64,000 nt of DNA from an uncultured virus (IMG/VR IMGVR_UViG_3300037418_002259) (lineage: Duplodnaviria > Heunggongvirae > Uroviricota > Caudoviricetes), in the IMG/VR virus record IMGVR_UViG_3300037418_002259, one strand, 5' to 3'. The translations under genes were made by a program, and so were the position numbers. This document shows positions 8,909 through 18,039 of the stretch, in pieces (position 1 is the first letter of the stretch; each line of letters begins with the position of its first letter). The notes beneath the pieces were generated by a model that worked only from the letters and a program-made list of their open reading frames with translations, was not told where the DNA came from and did not search any database.

Positions 8909-9502
8909 ATGCACGCATTCCGCGCCCTGACGCGTACCCTCTTCACCCGCCGCGTTGCGCTCTTCGCAGCTGCCGCCGCTGCGTTCCTCGGAACCATCCT
9001 CATCGCCAACTACGTCACCAGCCGGTACGGCATGGTCCCGGTCGGGTTCGGGCTGTACGCGACAGCCGGCACCTACCTCGCCGGGCTCGCGTTCGTCCTG
9101 CGCGACAGCCTCCAAGACATCGCAGGGCGCACGGCCGTCGTGGTGCTGATCTGCATCGGCGCTTCGTTGTCGTACGGGATCAGCGCGCCCGGGATCGCTA
9201 CCGCATCGGCCGTCGCGTTCCTCGCGTCCGAGGCCGCCGACTTCGCCATCTACTCTCCGCTGCGTGACCGCGGCTACATCCGCGCAGCGGTCGCCTCCAA
9301 TGTCGTCGGTTCCCTGGTCGACACCGCGCTGTTTCTGTGGCTCGCTGCGCCCGCGCTGCGTGCAGTCATCCCGGGGTTCCGCGCCCAGGACGCGTTCTTT
9401 GGCCAGGTCGTCGGCAAGCTGGCGATCACCGGCGTTGTGATCCTGGTCGTGACCGCAGTCCGCGTATCGATCCCGGCCCGCAGTACGACAGCCGAGGAGT
9501 GA
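8909..9502 (+). CDS. yhhQ: VUT/YhhQ-family membrane protein, putative preQ0/preQ1 transporter
   Basis: Multiple TM segments; AGTYLAGLAFVLRD, ASAVAFLASEAADFAIY, ASNVVGSLVDTALFLWLA, GQVVGK motifs. Confidence 0.8.
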   Translation: MHAFRALTRTLFTRRVALFAAAAAAFLGTILIANYVTSRYGMVPVGFGLYATAGTYLAGLAFVLRDSLQDIAGRTAVVVLICIGASLSYGISAPGIATASAVAFLASEAADFAIYSPLRDRGYIRAAVASNVVGSLVDTALFLWLAAPALRAVIPGFRAQDAFFGQVVGKLAITGVVILVVTAVRVSIPARSTTAEE

Positions 9503-10359
9503 CCACCTTCTACCTCGGCACGCACATGCCGCACTGGCTCGCGACTGCCGGGGTCCCGCTGTTCGTCTCGCGGCGACGTCTCTACAAGCGCAAGACGTTC
9601 CCGCGAGCAGTAGCCCCATGGGCCCTGGACTCCGGGGGGTTCACGCAACTGAAGGACTACGGCGGTTGGGATCTCTCGGCCGCCGAGTATGCCGCCGAGG
9701 TACGCCGCTACCGTGACGAGATCGGCATGCTCGACTGGGCCGCGCCGCAAGACTGGATGTGTGAGCCTTGGGTGATCACCGGAAAGAACCGGCACCTCAC
9801 GCCCGGCGCTGCGCCGTTCTTCCACGGCACCAGGGAAGCGCGCGGCGTACCGCTCGACGGGCCGGACGAAGACCTGGCCTCGGCGATCCGCAAGCACCAG
9901 CGATTCACGGTCGACAACCTGCTGGAGCTGCGCGCGATCGCGCCTGACCTGCCGTTCATCCCGGTACTGCAAGGCTGGCGGTTGGAGGACTACCGGCGCT
10001 GCGCGGACATGTACGCCGAGGCCGGCGTCGACCTCACAGCGGAGCCGGTGGTCGGGCTCGGGTCGGTGTGTCGTCGCCAGGCCACCGAGGAGATCGATCT
10101 CATCGTGTCCGAGTTCCACGCCCGCGGGATCAACCTTCACGGCTTCGGGGTGAAGACCGACGGGCTCGGGTCGTACGGGCCCAACCTCGCCTCGGCTGAC
10201 TCGCTCGCCTGGTCGTTCAATGGCCGCTACCACGCTTGCCGGCACGGAACCGCGAAGACCGAGGCGAACTGCCTCGCGCACGCGATGCAGTGGCGGGCGC
10301 GGGTGCTCGGCGTCCTCGACGGCCCTGTGCAACTCGGCCTGCCGATGCAGATCGCCTGA
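9499..10359 (+). CDS. Queuine tRNA-ribosyltransferase (TGT/DpdA)-like protein, candidate DNA deazaguanine transglycosylase
   Basis: WALDSGGF, APQDWMCEP, IPVLQG, VGLGSVC, LHGFGVK, SADSLAWS motifs; GTGA-coupled to the yhhQ-like gene. Confidence 0.75.
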   Translation: MTTFYLGTHMPHWLATAGVPLFVSRRRLYKRKTFPRAVAPWALDSGGFTQLKDYGGWDLSAAEYAAEVRRYRDEIGMLDWAAPQDWMCEPWVITGKNRHLTPGAAPFFHGTREARGVPLDGPDEDLASAIRKHQRFTVDNLLELRAIAPDLPFIPVLQGWRLEDYRRCADMYAEAGVDLTAEPVVGLGSVCRRQATEEIDLIVSEFHARGINLHGFGVKTDGLGSYGPNLASADSLAWSFNGRYHACRHGTAKTEANCLAHAMQWRARVLGVLDGPVQLGLPMQIA

Positions 10360-10363
10360 CTCG

Positions 10364-10399
10364 CTCGACGCGACACTAACTACCTGGCGGGTGTGTTGT
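10364..10399 (+). promoter_or_regulatory. Class B promoter
   Basis: CTCGACGCGACACTAAC-13nt-TGTTGT (atypical -10), 7 nt before ATG 10407. Confidence 0.6.
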
Positions 10400-10406
10400 G
10401 GCCCAC

Positions 10407-10601
10407 ATGGCTCCACCTCGACTCGCGAAACACCCTGACGGATCCCCCTGCTTCTGCCGCGGACGCGTCCTACCGCACCCGGACAACCGGTTCGTGCCCG
10501 GACCGATGTGCCCCACCAGCCGAGAGCGTGGCTGTGTCTGCGGCATCCCTGGCCGCGACCCGCAGCGCTGCGACACGCACCGGGTCGGGTCAGCGAAGTG
10601 A
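10407..10601 (+). CDS. Small Cys-rich hypothetical protein, probably leaderless
   Basis: ATG at predicted +1; fills gap between two promoters. Confidence 0.5.
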   Translation: MAPPRLAKHPDGSPCFCRGRVLPHPDNRFVPGPMCPTSRERGCVCGIPGRDPQRCDTHRVGSAK

Positions 10602-10615
10602 GCGGGCCCGGCGCA

Positions 10616-10689
10616 TTGAAACCAGCGCTAAGCGTGTGTACGCTAAAGGGGTGGTCGGAAGAGCAGCCGACCCTCGAACAGGAGACACG
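10616..10689 (+). promoter_or_regulatory. Class A promoter + leader hairpin + RBS
   Basis: TTGAAA-17nt-TACGCT; GGTCGG-AAGAGCAG-CCGACC (10653-10672); AGGAGAC. Confidence 0.85.
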
Positions 10690-11040
10690 ATGAGCATCTC
10701 GATCCCGTACCCCGACGACCCGCACGGCGTACCCACGTACGAAGGCTCCGCCGAGCACGCGTTCTACCGGCTGATGCCCGGCCTCTACGCGACCTCCGAG
10801 CCCGGCCAGACCCTCATCGTTGAGGCCGAGTCGAGCTACCTGGTGAAGACCGACGAGATCGAGCCCCGGAAGGTCACGGAGGCCGCGATCAATGAGGCCA
10901 CGCTGCACCTGTACGAGGCCATGTACGGCGAACGCGGCGCGATCGAGGACCTGACCGAGCCGCAGGTCGCATGGCTCAAGGAATACGTGCAGCACGGCCT
11001 GGAGGCCGTCGTCGCGTTCCAGACCGCGATCGAGGCCTAG
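10690..11040 (+). CDS. Acidic hypothetical protein
   Basis: RBS; first gene after promoter. Confidence 0.75.
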   Translation: MSISIPYPDDPHGVPTYEGSAEHAFYRLMPGLYATSEPGQTLIVEAESSYLVKTDEIEPRKVTEAAINEATLHLYEAMYGERGAIEDLTEPQVAWLKEYVQHGLEAVVAFQTAIEA

Positions 11041-11056
11041 TGACCCCCTCCCCCTC

Positions 11057-11094
11057 GCCCGGCCGTCGCCTACCCTCCTGGGCGGCGGCCGGGC
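11057..11094 (+). terminator. GC-rich hairpin, probable terminator
   Basis: GCCCGGCCGTCGCCT...GGGCGGCGGCCGGGC. Confidence 0.55.
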
Positions 11095-11125
11095 ACCTCT
11101 CGTTCACCTCTCCGAAGGGTGACTC

Positions 11126-11572
11126 ATGACCCCGCTACATGACCGGATCCCGCGGCTGCCGTACCGGTACCAGATGCACGCGAGTCTGAACGACTACCAG
11201 GTGACGATCGGCTGCCCTGCCGGGCGAGCGATCATCACCGAGATCGACGGCGGCGAGGACTACCACCTCGAAACCCTGTTCCTCTGGGAATCGCCCCGGA
11301 CGTATTCGATCCGCGAGTGGTACGGCGAAGCGACGCCGACCCTCGCGATCGACCGGTTGATGTTCAAGACGAACGTCTACCTCGGAGCCCGCGGCATGGA
11401 ACCGCCGCCGCTGGAAGCGCCGCGCCGCAAGACGTACGCCGTACTCCTCGCGCTCGTGCTCGGCGTACTCGCGACCGTTGCGCTCCTGCTGCTGTTCTCC
11501 GGCACCGACAACGACGGTGACGGGCCGCGCCCGTCCACCAGCTTCACCGTCGCCCCGGAGACAGCCCGGTGA
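11126..11572 (+). CDS. Hypothetical membrane protein
   Basis: C-terminal TM helix; GAAGGG RBS. Confidence 0.7.
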   Translation: MTPLHDRIPRLPYRYQMHASLNDYQVTIGCPAGRAIITEIDGGEDYHLETLFLWESPRTYSIREWYGEATPTLAIDRLMFKTNVYLGARGMEPPPLEAPRRKTYAVLLALVLGVLATVALLLLFSGTDNDGDGPRPSTSFTVAPETAR

Positions 11573-11721
11573 AGAACGCCTCGATCGGCTGCGCAATCGT
11601 CCTCGCCGCCACGCTCGCCGCGATCGGTCTCTGGTGGCTGATCGCGAACCTGGCCGGCACCGCCGACGGCGGGCCCCGACCTATGACCTACTCGACCCCG
11701 AACCACCGGAGCAGCACATGA
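11569..11721 (+). CDS. 50-aa membrane peptide (MKNASIGCAIVLAATLAAIGLWWLIA...)
   Basis: GTGA/ATGA coupling on both sides; below the ORF-track cutoff. Confidence 0.6.
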   Translation: MKNASIGCAIVLAATLAAIGLWWLIANLAGTADGGPRPMTYSTPNHRSST

Positions 11722-12206
11722 CCAACACTGAACAGCCGCCCGCCGCGACCCGCGAACAAGCAGTCACCGGACACCGCATGTCCCGGAACAAGCACGGCGA
11801 GCCCGTGCTCACGATCACCCTGGTCGGGCTGCACGTCATCAACCGGTTCACGGACAGGATGCGCAACGCACAGGTCGAGTTCGGGCGCATGGCCGACCGC
11901 ATCCGGAAAGCCCCCACCAAAGAAAGCCCGTGGCGGATCGACAACACCGTGGACAACTTCCAGCGGTACCACGTCGACGGCATCAACGACCCGGTCGTCA
12001 CGATCACCCTCGTCGGCTGGCACTCGATCCACCGGCTCGCCTACAACATGTGCGGCTGGCAGGTCGAGTTCGCTGCGATGGGCCGCAAGATCCTCAGGTC
12101 GCACCGGCGCGCTGTCGGCCGTGACCGGTGGCGAGCGCTGTGGGCGATGTACCACGGCGAGCACGAGAAGCCGATGACGTTCACATGGAAACGAGAGGCA
12201 GCCTGA
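11718..12206 (+). CDS. Hypothetical protein with internal two-fold repeat
   Basis: PVLTITLVG...QVEF occurs twice. Confidence 0.7.
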   Translation: MTNTEQPPAATREQAVTGHRMSRNKHGEPVLTITLVGLHVINRFTDRMRNAQVEFGRMADRIRKAPTKESPWRIDNTVDNFQRYHVDGINDPVVTITLVGWHSIHRLAYNMCGWQVEFAAMGRKILRSHRRAVGRDRWRALWAMYHGEHEKPMTFTWKREAA

Positions 12207-12595
12207 TGCTCGACGTACTCATGGGAGCGCTACTCGCCATCGAAGTTAACGGCGGATCGGTGCGCGTGCTGGCGTCGTACGGCATGTTTCGCTACCCCGG
12301 TCTCACCTGTGACTGCAAGGTTTTCGCCCACCGGCACGAGACCAGCTGGGTCATGCTCACCACCGGAGCATCGATGGCGCTGGTCTCTCTCCTCATCCTC
12401 TGGGGCCACGATGCATCGCCCGGCGAAGTGGGGGCGGCCGCAATCAACGGGGTCCTCGCTGCCTGGTGGCTGCGCGACTGGTGGAAGCACACCCGCAACA
12501 CCCGCAAGCGGCTGAAGGACCGTGTTCTCGGCGTCGTACGTGCAACCGCGGCCGGTCTCAAGATCGTCCCCGAACCAGTAGGAGTACAAGCATGA
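12206..12595 (+). CDS. Hypothetical membrane protein
   Basis: TGATG coupling; hydrophobic segments. Confidence 0.65.
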   Translation: MLDVLMGALLAIEVNGGSVRVLASYGMFRYPGLTCDCKVFAHRHETSWVMLTTGASMALVSLLILWGHDASPGEVGAAAINGVLAAWWLRDWWKHTRNTRKRLKDRVLGVVRATAAGLKIVPEPVGVQA

Positions 12596-13149
12596 CCCCG
12601 CGACCCGAAGTGCCAGCCAAGGCCGTCACCGCCGTACTGCGCGACATCCGCAACTGGGACGACGAATGCTCGCTGCCCTGGTTCCCAGACGAGGCTGACG
12701 GCGCTACGGCCGCGGTGGAGCACATCCTGCGCGTGGCCGCGCCGCACATGGCTGAGATGCCGCTGCTGGACCGGGGAGCAGTGATCTCGGTCCTGACCGA
12801 GGCCATGCAGGAAGCCAACCGTCGGGACATTCGAGCCCTCGCACAGCAGGGGTGGCCGGGGATCCCGGAGGTTCCGGCGAATGACATGCGGGCGCACTGC
12901 GCGAACCTGACCGACCTGGTCATGCCGCTGGTTCGGCCGATGCCGACCGCGGAGCAACTCGACGGATGGCTGTCCGACCACGACATCGTCTGGCGCGACA
13001 GCAATGTCGACCACTTCCGCCGCCGTGTGCAGCAGTGCGCCTGTGGCTGGAAGCCGGACTCGTGGGAGACCGACGACGAGTTCGACGAGTACTACCGCGA
13101 TCACCGGGCCACCGCCGTGCTGGCGCTGATGAACGGAGCGAAGTCTTGA
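12592..13149 (+). CDS. Hypothetical protein (C-terminal CACG...H)
   Basis: AGGAG RBS; ATGA coupling. Confidence 0.7.
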   Translation: MTPRPEVPAKAVTAVLRDIRNWDDECSLPWFPDEADGATAAVEHILRVAAPHMAEMPLLDRGAVISVLTEAMQEANRRDIRALAQQGWPGIPEVPANDMRAHCANLTDLVMPLVRPMPTAEQLDGWLSDHDIVWRDSNVDHFRRRVQQCACGWKPDSWETDDEFDEYYRDHRATAVLALMNGAKS

Positions 13150-13349
13150 GCAACCTGACCGCCAGCGGAGTACGCCGGATGCTCACCAAAGCGGGCGTCG
13201 ACCACAAGCGCGTCACGGTCACGACGTTCCCCGACCACGTCAAGATCTCCGGGCCGGAGGACGCGCGGCAGCAGATCACCAGCGCGCTACTGGACCGCCA
13301 CCTGGCATGCACCCCGACCCCTCAGGTCGACGAGTGGAGGCAGCGATGA
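13146..13349 (+). CDS. Hypothetical protein
   Basis: TTGA coupling; GGAG RBS. Confidence 0.55.
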   Translation: MSNLTASGVRRMLTKAGVDHKRVTVTTFPDHVKISGPEDARQQITSALLDRHLACTPTPQVDEWRQR

Positions 13350-13642
13350 GCGCCCTGGTGCACGCCGAGATAGAGACCATCGTCGGTGCCCAGCGGCACC
13401 CGACAGAACACTACGGACGCGCTGTCATGGCAGAGCAGACCGTCTACGTCCTGCACTCGCAACAGTGCAAGGACACCACGCCGGACCTGCGCGACTGCCC
13501 GTACTCGGTCGCCCTCGATCAGGGAATCGAGGACGCGTTCCCGTGGACGGCATGGGCGCGCGTACAGGGCCAGCCGGCCAGGCTGGAGATCCGGCGCGGG
13601 TACCTCGTGCCCGATCTAACTGCCGGGTGCGGCCAGCCATGA
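13346..13642 (+). CDS. Hypothetical protein
   Basis: GGAGG RBS; ATGA coupling. Confidence 0.65.
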   Translation: MSALVHAEIETIVGAQRHPTEHYGRAVMAEQTVYVLHSQQCKDTTPDLRDCPYSVALDQGIEDAFPWTAWARVQGQPARLEIRRGYLVPDLTAGCGQP

Positions 13643-13989
13643 CATTCCATCTGACGACGACTCAGACCGCGCGGAAGCTGCACCAGTGCGGCTCGTGCTG
13701 CCGAACGATCGAGGCCGGCGAGAAGTACGACAAGACGGTCACCTTCGACGGCGGCGCAGCGGCGTACAAGCAGTGCCGTCACTGCTGTGTGCTCGCGGAC
13801 CTGTGGAAGCTCTACGAGTGGACGAACTGGGAAGGCTACGGCCGCGAGGACTTCCAGGAGTACGGCCGCGACGCCGCCCGCGACACGATCCGCGACGCCC
13901 GCTGGTACGTGCAGTGGACGCGACAGTGGCGACGCCGAGACGGCACGCTCTACCCGATCCCTGCCGTACCGAGTGAGGAAGCCGCGTGA
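13639..13989 (+). CDS. Zn-finger hypothetical protein (ARKLHQCGSC...CRHC)
   Basis: Common phage ARKxHxCxxC motif; ATGA coupling. Confidence 0.7.
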   Translation: MTFHLTTTQTARKLHQCGSCCRTIEAGEKYDKTVTFDGGAAAYKQCRHCCVLADLWKLYEWTNWEGYGREDFQEYGRDAARDTIRDARWYVQWTRQWRRRDGTLYPIPAVPSEEAA

Positions 13990-14119
13990 CCAACTGCCCT
14001 ACCTGCCGCGTGGCCCCGCGGAAGACCCGCCGTCCCCTCCTGGTCGCCGGCGACCCGCCGCCGCCCGAGTGCCCGGACGAGTGGCACTACCCATCCCCGA
14101 ACGCCGAAAGGACCGCCGC

Positions 14120-14290
14120 ATGAGGCGTGCGTTACCGCACCGGTTGCCTCGCCCAACGGCTGGCGTGACCGCAGACCGGATCGCGTATGCGCTCGAACGG
14201 TGGCCGGAGCGGTTCACCGACGAAGAGAAGACCAACGCGCGGGCATTGATCGCCCGCCTGAACAAGATCGCTGAGGACTTCGAACGATGA
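14120..14290 (+). CDS. Small hypothetical protein
   Basis: AAGGA RBS; coupled to a preceding 45-aa ORF at 13986-14123. Confidence 0.5.
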   Translation: MRRALPHRLPRPTAGVTADRIAYALERWPERFTDEEKTNARALIARLNKIAEDFER

Positions 14291-14595
14291 GCATGAGCGA
14301 AGGGACACGTGTGATCAGGTCCGCCGGCCTTCCGGACGGCTACGAACCACCGTCGACGGCCGTGACCGCGTCCAAGCCGGACGCTCCGCGCATCCAGGGA
14401 CTCCCTGACGGAGATGCAGCAGGCCGCAACGTGAGCACGCCAGCACCGGAGGAAGCCCCGTCACCGTTTGATCCGCGGCGGTGCGTGTTCTGCGGTGCGC
14501 TGGCGATCCCCTCCGGGCCGGACGAGGTCGAGTGGGTCGTGTCGGCTGCCACGGACCCGACGTGCGAGCACGAAACGCTGACCGGGCAGACCTGA
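14287..14595 (+). CDS. Hypothetical protein
   Basis: ATGA coupling. Confidence 0.55.
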   Translation: MSMSEGTRVIRSAGLPDGYEPPSTAVTASKPDAPRIQGLPDGDAAGRNVSTPAPEEAPSPFDPRRCVFCGALAIPSGPDEVEWVVSAATDPTCEHETLTGQT

Positions 14596-14620
14596 AACTG
14601 TCCCTCAGCGTGTGTACGCT
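14592..14620 (+). promoter_or_regulatory. Class A promoter variant, no leader hairpin
   Basis: CTGAAA-17nt-TACGCT with CTCAGCGTGTG; GGAGAC RBS. Confidence 0.6.
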
Positions 14621-14653
14621 CCGAACCACCCTGAACCGTTGGAGACGCCTGCA

Positions 14654-14983
14654 ATGACGCCCGAGCAAGTGCAGTACATCCGTGACCGGCTCGCCGACTG
14701 GGAAGCCGTCCCCGACGCCATCGGGGACTACGTGCCGATGATCGGTGGTGTTCCGCAGCCGGTTCCCATCAAGATCAGCACACTGGATGGCCGCGAACTA
14801 TGGTCCACCGAGGACCTGACCCGCACTGCGCGTCATCTGCGAATCCTGGTCGACGCGTGCGAGGCCAGCCTCTCCCGCCCCGAAGGCTCCGCCGACTACG
14901 GGTGGGCGATCACGATCCTGGGCAGTCTCGCGCTGATCTGGTCCGACCGCCCCGACTACCCGAAGGCGAGCAGCGATGACTGA
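14654..14983 (+). CDS. Hypothetical protein (C-terminal LALIWSDRPDY, DUF6221-like tail)
   Basis: GGAGAC RBS. Confidence 0.65.
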   Translation: MTPEQVQYIRDRLADWEAVPDAIGDYVPMIGGVPQPVPIKISTLDGRELWSTEDLTRTARHLRILVDACEASLSRPEGSADYGWAITILGSLALIWSDRPDYPKASSDD

Positions 14984-15383
14984 CACCGACCAGATGGACG
15001 AACTGCAGGCCGCTGCGCACAAGCTGCGAGACCTGGCCGCCAGCATGCCAGCCGAGCGGATGCCGATCGAAGTGATCACCGAGAACTTCCGCAGCGCCCG
15101 CGTCGCAGTCGAGGCGTTCGGCGTACTGCTGACTGCACTCGGCACCCAGATCGGCGACCTGCTCAACGACAGCGAGGACTACGTCACGCGCGTGAAGAAC
15201 CCTGCCGACGCCGCGACACAGCTGACCGCGGTCCACGCCGTGACCGCGAACGTCGTGGGCGCTATGCCGGCCATCGCGGGCGCGCTCCAGGCCGCTGAGA
15301 CCGCGCTCGCACGCGTCGAGCCCGCACCGCCCGTCGACCTGTTCGATGAACTCGACAAGATGGCTGACGAGGACGATGACTGA
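14976..15383 (+). CDS. Helical hypothetical protein
   Basis: Overlap coupling. Confidence 0.7.
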   Translation: MTDTDQMDELQAAAHKLRDLAASMPAERMPIEVITENFRSARVAVEAFGVLLTALGTQIGDLLNDSEDYVTRVKNPADAATQLTAVHAVTANVVGAMPAIAGALQAAETALARVEPAPPVDLFDELDKMADEDDD

Positions 15384-15693
15384 TCACGACGCCGCACGGG
15401 CCCAGATGGCGGCGCTGCGACCCGAGCACTTGCTGTTCTTTGCCCGCCGCGCCTACGAGCAGATCCACGGGCTCCGTCCGCGCCGGTACGGCGTCTCGTC
15501 GGACGCGCTCACCGACTACGCGCTCGGAATGCGGCCCGAGCCTGGCGTCGCACTGTACCCGGCAGACCAGGCCGACCTCGACGCATGCGAACGCACCTAC
15601 GCCACCGCACCCGTTGATCTGCAGCAACGCATGCTGCCCGTGCTGGAGAAGTACCGCAGCGCCGTCCTGACGAAGGGAACCTCCAATGGCTGA
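15376..15693 (+). CDS. Hypothetical protein
   Basis: GAGGA RBS; overlap coupling. Confidence 0.65.
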   Translation: MTDHDAARAQMAALRPEHLLFFARRAYEQIHGLRPRRYGVSSDALTDYALGMRPEPGVALYPADQADLDACERTYATAPVDLQQRMLPVLEKYRSAVLTKGTSNG

Positions 15694-16138
15694 CACCGCT
15701 ACCCGCCAGATGACAGATGCCCGCTTCCTCGAAGTGCTGCGGACCGTCGCCGACCAGGTCGTCGACCAGACCGGCACGAGCGTCAACGGCGAGGTGTGGA
15801 ACGCGTACCGCCCGTACCCCGAGGACGCGCCGGACGGATACATCCCGGGGTACATCCCTCCGGATGTGTGGATCGCTGAGCAGGTCGAGGCAGCGCTCAC
15901 GCAGCCGGCCACGAACGCGGAGACGGTCAGTGCCATGCTCGCCGCCCGCGCCCGGCTCGGTGAGAACATCCGCCTGATCGAGGACATCAACCTGTATCGC
16001 GTCAGGGACAACCTGCGGCGGCTGATCCGGGATCAGGGGCGAGTCGGCGCGGAACTCCGCCCGGCTGACGAGTTGGACGAGTTCGAGGCACTACTCGACT
16101 TCGTTGCCGAGATCCGCCAGATCGCGAAAGACATCTGA
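15686..16138 (+). CDS. Hypothetical protein
   Basis: AAGGGA RBS; coupling. Confidence 0.7.
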   Translation: MADTATRQMTDARFLEVLRTVADQVVDQTGTSVNGEVWNAYRPYPEDAPDGYIPGYIPPDVWIAEQVEAALTQPATNAETVSAMLAARARLGENIRLIEDINLYRVRDNLRRLIRDQGRVGAELRPADELDEFEALLDFVAEIRQIAKDI

Positions 16139-16479
16139 TGGACGGCAGCTACTTCGTCGCGTTCGTCGGGGCACAGCTGGAGGCGCAGCGCGGCGACGCG
16201 CAGTACGCCCTGAACCTCATGGACGTCGAGCCTCGCCCGAGCATGTTCGGCACACACCGCGAGACGATCGAGCGGACGTGCCGGTGGACGCTCGAACAGG
16301 TCGAACTGCAGCGCAAACTGCTCGACCTGCACCAGCCGCTGTGGAACGACTCCCCGCACATCGACAACGACTTCTACGGCTGCCTAACGTGCTGGGAGTC
16401 CGATCTCTGCGACACCGCGAAGCTGCTCGCCGCACCATATGCCGACGTCGACGGCTACCGTGAGGAGTGGAAGCCGTGA
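16138..16479 (+). CDS. DUF6221-like protein
   Basis: C-terminal LLAAPYADVDGYREEWKP. Confidence 0.7.
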   Translation: MDGSYFVAFVGAQLEAQRGDAQYALNLMDVEPRPSMFGTHRETIERTCRWTLEQVELQRKLLDLHQPLWNDSPHIDNDFYGCLTCWESDLCDTAKLLAAPYADVDGYREEWKP

Positions 16480-16763
16480 TGGACGAACTCGTGCAGTGGC
16501 TGCGTGACATCCTCGGCCAGGACCAGGCACGGATCTCCGCGCCAGTGTTCTGCGGAGGACCGTGGCCGTCCGCGGCGCAGATGCTCGCTGTGATCGAGGC
16601 ACACCGCGCCATCGTGGACGGGTACGACAAACTCCGCACCAACCCGGCGCGGTACACAGATCCCTTGCTCCACTCCCACCACCACTTGCTGAGACGTGTC
16701 GTGCTGACGATCGCGAAGGCGTACGCCGACAGGCCAGGCTTTCGAGAGGAATGGCGACCGTGA
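16476..16763 (+). CDS. DUF6221-like protein
   Basis: MDELVQWLR start; IAKAYADRPGFREEWRP end. Confidence 0.7.
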   Translation: MMDELVQWLRDILGQDQARISAPVFCGGPWPSAAQMLAVIEAHRAIVDGYDKLRTNPARYTDPLLHSHHHLLRRVVLTIAKAYADRPGFREEWRP

Positions 16764-17008
16764 ACGAAGGACAGATTCGGGTCCCTGACGGCGCGGTCGT
16801 GATGACGCTGACGGCTGCGCCTGAGCCGCCGACGCATCGGCTCGACGTGCGTCCAAAGGGCCCGACGTTCGTCCATGACCAGGTGATCTCGATCCGGCTG
16901 GGGCAGGATGTCGACGCGGCGATGGCGGCCGCGATGCGGGACGGGTTGCGCGACGCCGGGTACGACGTGGCCCTGTACGAGATCCGCATGACCGAGCAGG
17001 CGTTGTAG
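16760..17008 (+). CDS. Hypothetical protein
   Basis: GTGA coupling. Confidence 0.6.
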   Translation: MNEGQIRVPDGAVVMTLTAAPEPPTHRLDVRPKGPTFVHDQVISIRLGQDVDAAMAAAMRDGLRDAGYDVALYEIRMTEQAL

Positions 17009-17196
17009 TGACGTCGTACACGCGCCGCTGGATCCTGGCCGGCCCGCTCACCCGCGCGGCCCGGCACCGACGCGGCGAGATCACACGGATCGCCGGGCGA
17101 GGCACCGGGCGCTGGCGGACGTCGGCTGGCCGCTCGAAGTTGTGGCGGGGCTGGGCGGCGAGTGTTCCGCCTGAGGTGAGGAGACGCCGCGCGTGA
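17008..17196 (+). CDS. Small basic hypothetical protein
   Basis: TAGTG coupling. Confidence 0.45.
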   Translation: MTSYTRRWILAGPLTRAARHRRGEITRIAGRGTGRWRTSAGRSKLWRGWAASVPPEVRRRRA

Positions 17197-17204
17197 ACTG
17201 CCGC

Positions 17205-17278
17205 TAGTTCAGCATGCTAAGCGGGTGTACAGTGGCGTTGTGTCGGGAGAGCAGCCGGCACAGATCCGGAGGAGACCA
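17205..17278 (+). promoter_or_regulatory. Class A promoter + leader hairpin + RBS
   Basis: GCTAAGCGGGTG-TACAGT; TGTGTCGG-GAGAGCAG-CCGGCACA (17239-17262); AGGAGACC. Confidence 0.8.
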
Positions 17279-17566
17279 GTGGAAAAGAACGAGACCAAGG
17301 ACTACGACGACAACGCCAGTGTGTTCCGCTCTGCCGTCGACGAGCGCGTATGGATGTGCAACATCCCCGATACGGATGTCGCGACGGGGTTGCAGGCGTC
17401 GACCTCGCTGCGGCGGATGAAGGCGTACGTCGAGGAGGAGTGCGGGACCGGTGGGTGGTGGGTCAGAGTCGGCGACGAGTGGGAGTACCGCTGGAAGAAC
17501 ACCGCGCACATCGGCTCGGCCCGAGTGGTCGGCATCCCTTCGATGAGAGCACCGGAGGGAGCATGA
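17279..17566 (+). CDS. Hypothetical protein
   Basis: GGAGGAG RBS; GTG start. Confidence 0.7.
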   Translation: MEKNETKDYDDNASVFRSAVDERVWMCNIPDTDVATGLQASTSLRRMKAYVEEECGTGGWWVRVGDEWEYRWKNTAHIGSARVVGIPSMRAPEGA

Positions 17567-18039
17567 CCAGCTTCAATCCTGGCGCTCGCATCATGCGGGT
17601 GACCGACACCGGTGACAAGCGCGACGGTACGGCGAACGTGATCCGGATCAGGCCGCGCGGCATGGTCGAGGTGATGCTCGACCGCGAGGTCGGGGCCGAC
17701 CGTCGTCCGCAGATCGTCGTCGTCCCGGCCACCGAACTGGTACCCGTCGTACCGGATCTCTCACACCTGCCCGCGCACAAGCGAAACGATCCGAGTGTGG
17801 TCTCGAACTACGGCGCGTGGTACGACCTCCCCTATCCCGCCGTACCGTGGAACACCTCGCCGGGCCGCGTGCACAAGGTCGTCGCGATCCACGGCACGAT
17901 GTTCACCGGCTACGGCAGCGGAGCGGTCCGGGTCGTCGGCGTGACCGCGTGCGGCAAGGGCCGCGAGGGAAACCTCGAACTCGACCGCGACTCGACCAGC
18001 ATGTTCCCGAAGTGCAAGCGCTGCTGGGGGCCCGAATGA
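17563..18039 (+). CDS. Hypothetical protein (C-terminal TACG...CKRC)
   Basis: GGAGG RBS; ATGA coupling. Confidence 0.7.
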   Translation: MTSFNPGARIMRVTDTGDKRDGTANVIRIRPRGMVEVMLDREVGADRRPQIVVVPATELVPVVPDLSHLPAHKRNDPSVVSNYGAWYDLPYPAVPWNTSPGRVHKVVAIHGTMFTGYGSGAVRVVGVTACGKGREGNLELDRDSTSMFPKCKRCWGPE

